64,000 nt of DNA, taken from NCBI GenBank assembly GCA_965637545.1, contig OZ281498.1, forward strand, positions 21,948,001 to 22,012,000, written 5' to 3'. This stretch comes from Phallusia mammillata. Lineage: Eukaryota. The position numbers and the translations under genes are program-made. The stretch's first letter is position 1. The number at the start of each line of letters is the position of its first letter. This document shows, in pieces, positions 1 through 11,500 of the stretch. The notes beneath the pieces were generated by a model. It had not been told where the DNA came from and ran no database searches. It worked only from the letters and a program-made list of their open reading frames with translations.

Positions 1-380
1 CGCACATTTTAATGCAAAGTTAGAAAAGCCAGACGTGCACAAACGCCCACATGGATTGCATCTAAATTATGTTGGACAAAAATTACTGAGTCATACTTTG
101 TTGGATTTAGAATCAGGAACTAAAACCAATTGTTCTTGCTTCCGTGATCGTTGGAACCTTCAGGTTATTTCCTCGTTCCTGAGTTGTCGGGAAGTTACAT
201 GCGCCACCTGAAAAGCTATTTGTACAAGGCCACGACTGTATAGGAGTCATTTGCTGATAAAAGAAGTTTTTATTAGTCGTTGTTTAGTTGAAAACGAAAT
301 GAATCAACCACATTTGTTTACAGTTCGTTCGTTTTTGTTTTTGAAAACAATTTTAGGTAGAAATAACAAAGTTTCGAAAG

Positions 381-474
381 ATGTCGGTTAATAACAGCTG
401 TGACGATAGCAAATTTTCAGGAAATACTTCAGTCAACAGCACCACGGGAAATGTTTATGAGTATAAATCATCAG
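381..474 (+). CDS. First coding exon carrying repeat type R1 (MSVNNSCDDSKFSGNTSVNSTTGNVYEYKSS, phase-1 donor)
   Basis: ATG at 381 and CAG|GTAAAA donor at 475. Peptide and upstream sequence (ttaggtagaaat...aaagatgtcg) are homologous to the exon at 2632 and to first exons at 27589, 33719, 44089 and 47786. Confidence 0.6.
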
Positions 475-1168
475 GTAAAATTTTTAGTCCAGGGAATGTT
501 TAAAGCGAGGCGTGCCAATCCACTTGTTATATGTATGTGGGAATTGCTTCGCGTGCCACTATTTTTCTGAGCAATAGTGATATCAGTAATAAACAGGAAG
601 CAGGCAGATGTGTACGTGTAGGCATCAGTGTATTGATTCCATTTAAGTAAGGCGAAATATATTTATTTAAAACTGGTAAGCTTCAATGACATAATGTTTT
701 TCATAATCTTGAATCAACAAGTAAGGCTCATTATAGTTTTCATCCACCAAGTAACGAGCTATAGGAGATTCTAGTTTTGAGATGCAGGTACCAGTATTTA
801 ATTTATCGCTTTTAAATTTAAAGTTTTAAAAGTGTTTGAATGATTTGTACATAACTTAACAGTTTGTGGATATAGTTATGTAGTTTTATAAATCGTTATG
901 TTTTTGGTGGTTTTGAAAATAAACAAATTAGTCAGTTGCTAGCTTAACGAACAGACTATTGTATTTTGTGCGTTACACATTAACCAGAAAGCCAAATTTA
1001 TTACAGTAAATACAGTATAGTTCAATAACGGTAGGTTGTAATTAGTTTGTCGACTAACTACAACGCATTGATGACGTTCAGTGTTGTTTATTGTACATAC
1101 TTGTAAAAGAAAGTTGTTCTATTTAGTATCAACCACTTTGCAGTAAAATTTGTCAATATTGGTTGCAG

Positions 1169-1672
1169 AACAACCCAAGGTGTTAAAAGATTTTTTTGTC
1201 ATCACAATGGCGGAAGTAGCACTTGCCGCAAATGTATTTGAAATAGACTTGCAAGTTTTGTATATCTCTCTCAGCGGCCCAGCGGCTGTTTTCGCGACAA
1301 GTGCCTCTTTTGGGATCGCTGGTTATGTTACTTACAAAGTGGTCAACACTAAGCAATATATGAGAGCAATACTGCAACCGTTTCAAGATCTTCCCGGTGT
1401 TATTCGAGCCTGGAGAGGGGGGAGCCTTGTGATAGAAGTTGTGGCTGAAAATGATAAAGTGGCAAAACAGATAAGGGAGAGCTGTAGGTCGGGAAAAATT
1501 TTGAGGGAAATCAACAAAAATCTTAAAGAGTACAAAAATAAATTCAAAGAAGATGCAGGCCATTTTGAAAAGGGAGCCATCGTTAAGTAAGAAAAGCTGA
1601 CAATGCCTTCGCAAGAAGAATGGGCCAAAGCCAAAATCCAATATCAGGTCAAAATCGAGAGAATCATGAAAA
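1169..1672 (+). CDS. TRADD-N-like domain exon, copy 1 (hydrophobic helix + GSLVIEV...SGKIL), with in-frame TAA at 1588-1590
   Basis: Acceptor ttgcag|1169 is phase-compatible with exon 381-474; own ATG at 1207. Clear paralogue of 8516-8987. Homology continues past the TAA (EKLTMPSQEEWAKAKIQY) to an AA|GTAAGT donor at 1673. Pattern GSLxIxV...SGxL resembles invertebrate TRADD-like N-terminal domains (recalled, not searched). Confidence 0.6.
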
Positions 1673-2631
1673 GTAAGTCAAAAACATTATGGGTTTAGAA
1701 AGCTTGAATCGAATTATCACCATGAAACTTTTTGCTACGTTGAGGTCATCGGTATTTTTGTAGTTGTGCAATTTTATGGACTTGTGAGGCTGACTTGTAG
1801 TTTCAGAGTAGGCTTGTGTTTGCGCACAGCATGGCTTGCGGAATCGGTGCAAGTAAAATACACACAAAACACCCACTGTAACGCGTTGAAATGACGCCGT
1901 ATGGCAAAATAATGAAATCAAAAAATATTTTTGTCACTTATGTAAATCAAGACACTTTTTGCAATTGAAATAAAAGCTACATACTACGCATCCAACAACG
2001 CAGATTTCAGACATTTCTCCTGATTTGAAAAACTTTCTTTCTCTGCACTCAATTAAGCATTTTTTATTGGGACGAATATTCTTTAACTATCGTCTTGCAA
2101 ACAAACCGTTCGTTTGTTTTTGGCGTGGGAAGCCTTATTTGACAGTTTGAGTACGTGACTAATGAGTTTGCTGTAAGTGCAAAACACCTGAGGTTGACCC
2201 GCATTTATTTGCATTAAGTTCACTGCCTGTCTGAACTATAAACCTTTTTTAAAAGAGCAGTTATCGGTTCCGCTTTTTACTTCAGGGCGCACGTGGGCCC
2301 CAGCGAACGAGTAAACACTTTTTTCAACAGTAAACACACGCCCCCTTAAAACACATTAGATGCAAATTTTGTTTTACAACAACAGTGCCATAATCGTTTA
2401 TTGAACTTTGGACAATAGCTTAACCTTTTTTGCGCCACTAATTCAACACCTATTTACACCCCTGAACATATAGGCCTGCAACTGCATAAAAATCACCTGG
2501 TGCGGCTTTACAGTAAAAAAGAAGTTTGGTATTGTTTAGTTAAAAACGAACGATTCTTTTGTTCTGAAGTTTTTGCGTGACGATATTAAGAATAAAGGCT
2601 TCTTAGGTAGAAATTGCCAAGGTTTTAAAGG

Positions 2632-2713
2632 ATGTCGTTTAACAACAACCTCCAGGCCAGAATTTCAGGAAATAGCATCAACAGCAATAACCGGTATGTG
2701 TATGAAGCAACAG
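2632..2713 (+). CDS. Upstream R1 exon of gene A (MSFNNNLQARISGNSINSNNRYVYEAT); alternative first exon or uORF
   Basis: ATG at 2632, CAG|GTAAAG donor at 2714, phase 1. Flanks homologous to 250-474. Confidence 0.55.
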
Positions 2714-2870
2714 GTAAAGGCCTAACTAGTTTATCAGTCACAACATGGGACTTTCAACAGCAACACGCATAGAAGAAGGATCGCAAGTGTTAATAAATAA
2801 GTGTACACAATTTAAACATTTTTGATTATCTGTCTTCAGCACACTAGGGCTTAACGTGTATTCTGTCAAA

Positions 2871-5151
2871 ATGCCTGGCGGTGTACACTTGAATATGAGT
2901 AACAATAAGTTTGATGGCAAAACCAATATTAATTCGGCTGATGGCGACATGAATGTGTATCAAGGACAAGGTGTGTTTCTTCAGGGTACTTGTTGGTAAA
3001 ATGATCTCAAAATAACGCGTGTTATCGCGCAAAACGACCCAACACCATTCTTACAAAGGAAAACCTTTTGTTTGTTTTGTGTTGCAGTGGATCAAAGCCA
3101 CCACGGAGACAGTTATACAATGCCACACGCAAACGTTACAGGAGGACACATTGGTCCACATCATGGTAACGGTAAGATGTCTTCGAGCCGTTTTTCATCC
3201 AAATGTTTACGTGTACATTGCAAGGCACAGTAGCAGTCCTTATTTTTTCTACGCTTGCACTTTTAATATAATTGTTGGGTGTGTTTGCTGGTAACAAATA
3301 ATGAGATATGGAAACTGCACTCCACTAAAACAAAAATTAAGCACGTTTGGAAACCAGCATGCAGCGACACGCTTTTTTAAGAAATATTACTTTAAACGAA
3401 TTTTTAATGTACTGTTTAACTATTTTTATTGCAGTGGATCGTCACGTGGGCAACATAACAATGCCACACGCAAACATTGGTGGATCCGTTGTATCCCATG
3501 GAGATACCAACATTGGACGCCGTAAGTGGTCGAAGCAAAAAAAATGTCTAGGTGTCAACGAAAAATTTGACCCACTTTTATTCTATGCAGAGGACGAGAG
3601 TCGACATAAACAGAACATCCAAATGAGAGACACACAAGTGTCTGGTGGCTCTTTGGTTGGAGTACAAGGCTCAGTAAACATCACAAGGGGTAAACTTGGA
3701 GGTTCGAGTATTATTGGTGTGGTGAAAAACACATCCTCAAGAAAAAACAGTCTTCGGTTTTCTTCAAATCCACAACAAAATCTTGGACATTAAAAAAACT
3801 CGACTATGATGTTCTCTCCTGGCTTGCCACATCCCTAACATTTGTTTATGTGCCTAGGTCAAGCACCAGCAAGCGCTGTTCATGACGATCAATCCACTAA
3901 ACGTTCATCGAGTTTAGCGGCAACAAAAGAGGAAGCATACATAAGGCAAGAAAAAGTATAGCCTAATATCTTTTGCATGTGTATACGCATGTTTGTGTTA
4001 ACCATCTGTAAAATTTAATCTAGTTCACCGGCAGCAGCAGGGAGCCCAAACGGAAAGTAAGTTCACAATATCTATTTATACTGCTTTATCCACTAACAAC
4101 GAAAGGATGTGTTAAGGTGTGATTGTAAACACTGCCCCGGAGGAGAAACTGAAGGTGTGTGTTGCAATGACGACGTGAACGCTCTAAAGATGATGAAAAA
4201 ATCTGCTTGGGACTGCATTGTTCAGCATCCTGCATTTGAACCCAATTGCCTTAATCCATACGTGCTTACCAACAGATACAAACGAGAGGCATCCACTGCT
4301 GGTCTTTCCCAGGCAGGGTGAGTACATGTGTTCGATATTCTACCACATTATATATAAATGGTTGCTATCCTTTTTTGGTCTGCAGTGTATATATAGGTAA
4401 ACTTCAAGCAATGCAAAAACTTAAGGCGCGTGAGCTTAACCAAGGCTTTTCGTCAGTGCTTGTCTAGCAGCATGGTCAAAGAGGGTAAATTGACGTTAAG
4501 CTTTCTTAGCTAAAAAGAAGTTAATTGCAGACAGTGTTCACTATTTCGACATATAATGCCTTTTAGTGCTGCTGGTAACAAAGAAATTGGCCGTACTGGT
4601 TGGTATAGCCACTTGTTATATTTATATGTGATACTTGGTCAGTTTGGTTTTAAGCATCTGATTGGCCATTGTGAATCTAGTTCCACCACGGTTTACACCC
4701 AGTTGTGACACAAATAATATGTGGTAAGGCACAGTATTTATTATGTGAGTCCAACAAACTGGAGTACCGTAGTCTGGCTATACTAGCCTGCTGCATGGCT
4801 AATGTCTGCCACCGTCTGCACTGACATGATAAGTCGAAACCGTTTATGTATCGGCATACTGCTTTACAAAAATTAACTTTTTAAGCACATGCATCAGCAC
4901 ATTAGAGTGTTATAGGCGTTTCGGTAGGGTAGGGGCAAAAAGGTTGAAAAACGCCGTTTATAAATTGCATTGAGGTAAATTTTTAGAAAACGAGTCCTGT
5001 TTTTTTACGCAGGAAATTTAAACTCACTGCTCGTAAAGAATACTTGGAGTGGGTGAAGTCGGATAAGGTGCCGTCGTGTGTCCAGAAAGCGATCGACGAG
5101 AAATTTCCGGATTCGTTCGGTCGAGATGGTTCCCAACCAACACTGGAATAA
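2871..5151 (+). CDS. Gene A: R1 + 3x R2 repeats + linker + P2X7 C-terminal (ballast)-like Cys/Zn domain, ~276 aa
   Basis: Exons 2871-2970, 3088-3171, 3435-3521, 3591-3689, 3858-3945 (GC donor), 4024-4056, 4117-4317, 5013-5151 join in one frame. C-terminus CDCKHC...VCC...CIVQHPAF...CL...EYLEW...VPSCV...EKFPD follows the P2RX7 tail pattern (CxCxxC...CC...CI...LPSC...FP). Confidence 0.75.
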
Positions 5152-5847
5152 ATTATGTGTACATAACTTATCCATTTGCAAAAAACAAAATGAAACTCAA
5201 ACCAAATTTGTTGACAAAAATTTCGCTGAATTGCATAATCGTTCTTGGAGTCTAATATAACATTCCGTTAGAAAACGGAACTAATGATTCGAAAAGGCAA
5301 AAGATACATTTTTTACGTAATACTCACTGGTTTTATTTTAACCAAAAGTTGTTTTAAGGCCCACCGATTTTACCGCTTCAAAGTAACAAACAGTGATCGC
5401 CAGCTACCCTGCTATTATGTTAAACAATGCTTGTGAAAATGTGTTTTTAGAAGTGCGAAAATATCTTGTTTTGAAATGATTGTATTTTTACGTGGTTCGT
5501 GTATAGCCGTGTGTGATCTTCCATGAAGCAAAATATACTCAGCGTAACCTTACTTTAAATGGTGGAACTATGTCCGATAACTTTGTAGTTGCAATATATT
5601 TTGTGTTACAAGCATCTTGTGGCGGGCGCCTATTTAGGATTGGTTAAAATTGTTTCCGTCTAAAAACGTCTTTTGTGTCCGCGAAAAGCTAAGTATAATG
5701 TCTTTTCAGGTCGTGCTGTAACCTTGTCAAGTCAACTAGTGCAGCTCACGACATGCGGACACTGGGGGCGCCATAGACATCACTAGTGACGTAATAACTA
5801 TATCAAACCCTGCGACATCCAGATTTTAAAAATAAAAAAATAGGTTT

Positions 5848-6039
5848 GACTAAAAGCCTGACTGCCTGACTGGCCTGACTTGGGCGTCCGTGTTTCACAA
5901 TACATTTTCGGACTGACTCTAACCCTCACCCTAACGACCCCAACGGTTAGCCAATTCTTAATCACCCAAGTCAGGTCTTCTGAGTTGCAGTCATGCCGTT
6001 CCCAGCCGTCAAAAATGTCGGGCAGTCAGGCTTTTAGTC
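5848..6039. mobile_element. MITE-like inverted-repeat element
   Basis: 19-bp perfect inverted repeat GACTAAAAGCCTGACTGCC (5848-5866) / 6021-6039; no coding capacity; TSD not resolved. Confidence 0.6.
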
Positions 6040-6128
6040 GACCTCTAAAAAACTGCTTACTTTAATCGTTAACAGCAATGGATTTCGTGTGTGGGGCGGT
6101 TGTAAGTTGCTTTATTTGAGCAGCAAGC

Positions 6129-6142
6129 GCTACCATGGTAAC
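6129..6142. promoter_or_regulatory. RFX X-box-like palindrome next to a GC box
   Basis: GCTACCATGGTAAC, one mismatch from GTTACCATGGTAAC; GGGGCGG at ~6093. Target gene unknown. Confidence 0.3.
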
Positions 6143-8515
6143 AAATTGTCCACAAACAAACGCCGTTTGACATTTTACATCCGCCACCTGATCTGCAATA
6201 TACGAGCGACAGGAGACTTAATTAAAAAAAGTCCCCGGGTTGATGCCTTTAGGTGAATCACCTGGGTTTTCTCGTCTGTTTTGCTGCAAAGGCTCAATAT
6301 GTGCTTTGTGTTGGCGTCATTGCACTGCGTTCTGGTTCTAGTACTGACAAAATATCGGACAAAGTCGAACAAAGACGAGTTAACTTAAATCTTTTGGGGT
6401 TACGGAAGAAGTTTTAATTATGTTTCCGATCATCCAGCAAGGTACAATAGGCGATAAACGTGTGTGTTAAAACAGAAACAGACATTTTGTTGTTTTACAG
6501 GGTTGTTGAAATGGAAATTCAAACTGAAATTTACGAAATTGTGACCAATTGCCAATATTGTATAAATCTTTACCATATCGGCCTATCAATATTGTACATA
6601 TACTTGCGTCTGCATATGCCCTCACACGAAATGAAGATATCGTATTTTTTGTATATATGTTTTATCCATTCAAATGTAACATGAAATACCATAAAGTTGT
6701 GTTTTGCAAACCTTTTGTTGTTGTAGGTATGGGTGATACACAGCTGATATTTTTTTAGTTTAACTTCCACTTTGTGGCGTATCAGAGAGAAATGAAAATG
6801 TGTAAATTTTAAGTGAAAGGTTAGGACCATAATAATGCACCAAAGTTCTGTTATTCGAAATATTTCGGGACAAGTTAAGACCATTGAGCTAAAGGTTAAG
6901 TGTTATTTGAAAAAGACCACACTGATTTTTCGGACTGTCTGTGTTTGACAAACTTCGTCTTGATCAATTTATCTATCAATATCTTATTGTTGTTTTATGG
7001 TTCGTAGATGTAATAACATATCTTTTTAAAAGTGAATCGAGTCGTACTTGGTCCCGAAAGTTTAATACGATAAAATGACATTACAGTACAGAAGTGATCT
7101 AAAGTGTGATGTTAGCCCATAATAAACCCCGTTTTATTTCAACTAAAGACTGACCCCAACCCAAAAAGTCTGTTCCCGCTAGAATTCCTTTACCCAAAAC
7201 AATTTGGAACTTAAACAATACGTGGGCGGACGACGGCGCGGGATTTACTTCTGAATAAAGGTTTGACATAATTACAAATCCAAAAAGTTAACAACAAGGT
7301 TATAAACATGACGTGCTTACCGGTCAAGAAATGCACAAGTCACACAATGTACGACAGGCAACAATTCAGTGTCGAACAGCATTAATTTCCTATTCGTTAC
7401 CTGAAGAAAACACATAACCGACCAGTTAATAAATACATGCGGCCTCCACAAGGTAATCTAGTCACTAATAAACACAAGGCAGCCTTGCGTACAAGTCGTG
7501 ATACCAATAACAATGCCATGGTTGTGACATCACAAGTACCGATAGTGTGACAGACAATGCTCCAGGTTGCACAAACAAGTTAATCAAGGCTATTGGCGGG
7601 AAACATAGAAAACATAAACGTCTGTACAATAGCAAAGAATGGAAAATATTTTTCTATAATTACGAAATCGGTCGATAAAAATTGTGGAATATATATATAT
7701 ATTGCCCAATGTCATCGTCAGTTCCTATAAAACCAAATAAAACATCTATAAAAGAAGAAGAAAACAATGGCGGTGTAACAGTTACTTTCCTGACCTTTCT
7801 TTCGATTCGATTTTACAGTCACTTTTAATAGCTCGGATTTACGACCCCTTTCGTATCATCTTGCGTGTTGAGACGAGTCTTCATTCAATAAAGCTGTTTG
7901 CTCACTAGCTGAAAAACGCAAGACTTTACCGTTAAATAACGTAATACCAAAAGTAACGCTCTTAAGTTCAGTGCTGTAATAATCTGAAGGGCCATGTACC
8001 GTAAACCTGTCGTAAGTTTTAATACCCTCTGTGTGTGTTAACTTCTACATGTACCACAACCTTGCTTTTTCAGCAACTTTCATCTAAGAAACCAGGTGTG
8101 TAGGCCTATTTGTTCGTTAGGCTACAAGTTTGGCTATTTCGTACAGCATTTAAACCAGTTAAACTAATGTGAAAAGCAAAACTGGAATTGCACCAGGTTG
8201 AAAAAGCTTTTTTAGTTTTGCTGTTTCGTATAAACACTACATACTTGATTTGAGGGGTGGATCTGGCAAAAAAGTAAAGTGGCTGTTTTGTGAACAGGAG
8301 TAAATCTTGGATCTGACTGAAAGTGACGCTCTCCAAAACAAAGTGACCAATTAAGATTCAGGAGTATATATTGTACTTTGGAAAAACCAACTGACCTCGT
8401 TTTTAAATGCATTTGTGCGATTTCTTTGCTAACGACGTTTATTACATTCATAAGATTTCTTACATTTACAGAAAAAAACAGGGTCTTAAAGTATTTGGTG
8501 ATCACAAATGTGTAA

Positions 8516-11500
8516 ATGACAGGCGTAGTTCCACTTCAGCTGGGCGCAAATTCTTTTAAAATAGATTTGCACGTTTTAAATATCTCCCTTAATGGCCCAG
8601 CGGCGGTTTTTGCGACAACTGCCACTTTTGGAGTTGGGAGCTATGTTGTCTATAAACTGGTAAACAGCGAGCAGTATATGAGAGCAATACTTCAACCTTT
8701 TCAAGATCTTGCTGGTGTTATTCGAGCGTGGAGAGATGGAAGCCTTGTTATAGAAGTTGTTGCTGAAAATGATGAAGTGTCAAATCGAATTAAGGAGGTT
8801 TGCCTGTCGGGGGAAATTTTGAGGGAAATCAACAAACGTCTTGAAAAGTATGAAGAAGAATATAAAGAAGATGTTGGTCGTTTTGATAAGCTTGATATCA
8901 TTACGGAAGAAACGCTTGCGATGTCGTTGGACAAATGGGCCAAAACAAAAGCCCAATATCAGATTACCATAAAAAAAATAATACAAAGTAAGTCAAAAAA
9001 ATGGTTGACAAATGTATACCTTTATGTTTTCTTTAATAAACAACCGAAAAATACATTTCATTTGGCCCAATAATAAAGCCACATTATTCAAATTCAAAAA
9101 ATAGCTTCAAGTGTGTCTCATCACAAGTCTTTTGACTGATTTTTACCAATGATGTCTTAGTTAATACAAATATACTGTTACCTTTTCGATACACAATTGT
9201 TTGAAAACCCATTTGTTTCTGCTTGAAGGAACAATTATGTTGTTTAAAGACAGGGGCCCTTTTAAAATTAGGCAATAAACATTTTTCCACGGAAAATGAT
9301 GAAGGTGGTTATTCATTACATAGGAAGTATAAATATAAATTACCAACATTTTAGGATCCATTTCTTGTGTGAACATAAGAACTGGTAGCAATGTGTTGCC
9401 AATGTTTGTATTTTTGCCAAACTTAAATCTAAAACCAAATTTGTATCCTCCCATTGATCCAGATTTTACAAAACAGACAAATTTTTAGCTGTACATGGGA
9501 AACATTAAAAATATGTTTATAAATTTTTTTTCTTGTGTAGAAATATCAGAAATAGGTAAGGGTCATCCAAACATGCCACCCACTCATTCACCTAAGTCAT
9601 CTTTGCTTGGGGTAAGTCTTATCACATTACTTTCACTTTAAAGTTCTTGGAAACCAATTGTTCTTTGCTTTTAAGTTTGCTTTAAACCAACTGTAGTAAA
9701 TATTGTATTCTGGATTGGTTTTATGGCAAGATTGCTGTCAATTGGTGTACTTAAGCAGTTAGGCTTAGTGGTGGTATAAAATAATAAAGAGTAAATTACA
9801 TATACCACTTTATTGTAGATTGATTAATTTGTTTTAATAATTTTAAATTTTATCAAGCAGATTGGCAAGCCAGAAGATTCACAAAGGCCGCCAAAGTCGG
9901 TCAATCAACCACAATGGTACGAACAAAAAGACTTGAACATAAAAGAGGATTCACCCGAGAGGTCAGTTTTCAAACTTGCAAAGATATACTGTTGCCCTCA
10001 TTTTCGTATGGTTTAATGGTTGCTTTGTTTATAGGCAACCGACACAGCCCCAAGGTATGTATCGCTATTTAATGGCCTTTTGAGGTACAGTCAAACTTCG
10101 ATACTGTGCCACCCTTTGGGACCGAAAGAAAGTGGCATAGTAGCGAGGGTGGCATAATAGCGAAGGTCGGTTGTAAAAATAGCCTTGTGACGTGACAATG
10201 TACTGTAATGCCACGTTGTGTTGTACGATTGCAATTTATTACAGTATACAGTATAAGGTACAGTATGCAGTATAATTTATTACAAAAAACGGATAGATCG
10301 TGCATAGAACAAACAGGATTTGTTAGTTTTGTCGTGACACAAGCACGGAACGGCGTTTGCATAACTCGCTGAAAAGCTGTGAAACCTCTTAACATGACCA
10401 CGTTTGTTTACTCAACGATTTGTTTTTCATGTTTTCTCTGTTTTATCATGAGTTCAAACCGAAAATTGTCAATTTTCAATCCGGAACCAGACCGTTAATA
10501 CAGTAATACTGTACTCTCATGTGTCATAGTATCAAGGGTAAGGGGTGGCATAGTAAATATATTTTCTATTGAATTTAGTTGGTGACGATCAAAAGTGGTA
10601 TAGTATCAAGGTGGCATAGTATCGAAGTTTGACTGTATATTTAAAAAACTTTGGTCAGTGCTGCCCTACAACAATAATCCATCCTCTCTAAATTAGCGAT
10701 TTTAACCAGGGAGTCGAACCAGAACTGAACCCGAACCCGCGAATTTCGATTTTCTACAAACACAAACCGGAGTTAAACCGCTTATTTTGCTTAGCGTTGG
10801 ACCCGAACCGGAACCGAACCAGTAAAAAATGCATTTTGTTTTATATTTTGCGATTTTTTTCAAAACAGTGCATGGAAGAATGCACCAGATAACACTTATA
10901 GGGCGTGTCAAAAATAAAACAGTGCACGGGCAAAAGGCTTTTGGAGTTTGATAAGGCCAGTTAGATGATGGGTAGAATTAAATTAAAACGAATAAAAATT
11001 TGAACCGGTTTAAAAACCGCAAACCGGTTCTGATCGGATAATTTGCCCAAACCGAAACAAAACCCGAACCCGAAAATATACATTTTTGAAAACCGAACCC
11101 GAACCCGAACCCTTAAAAACAAAACCAAGTGAACCCGAACCGAACCTGAACCCATATGACAAGCGGTTCGACTCCCTGATTTTAACACAATCTGCCTTTT
11201 TTACGTATGTGGCGTTTTTCCATATTATTTACTGTATTTCGAACAGACAAAATGATTCACGTGATAGACGCAAAGTTTTCTAACGGTGCCCATGGTCGGC
11301 AATATCAAACTTTGACCACAGTGTAAAACTCATTTCTGTACATGTGGTTATGTTGAAGGCGCAGTAGGTCCCTCTTACATCCAGTCCACATTTCGGAAGT
11401 TAAAAGTGTCAACGGAGGTTAAAAGCATTGACAGTGGATATGGGGAGTCATCCTCGTGCGATACCAGTCCACAAACATGCATCTTTCGCTCTGGAAGCAA

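Noticed and set aside
1183-1641. Minus-strand ORFs over both TRADD-N-like exons (also 8701-8986)
   Set aside because: Antisense shadows of the plus-strand coding sequence.
2207-2367. Octamer motifs ATTTGCAT/ATGCAAAT upstream of gene A
   Set aside because: Several such 8-mers are expected by chance in 64 kb of AT-rich DNA; no consistent position across paralogues.
3347-3793. 148-aa ORF as a single-exon gene
   Set aside because: It reads through two introns with clear splice sites; the coding parts are exons 3435-3521 and 3591-3689.
7320-7570. Minus-strand exon-like segment with acceptor and GTAAGC donor
   Set aside because: No coherent ORF or partner exons; may be non-coding.
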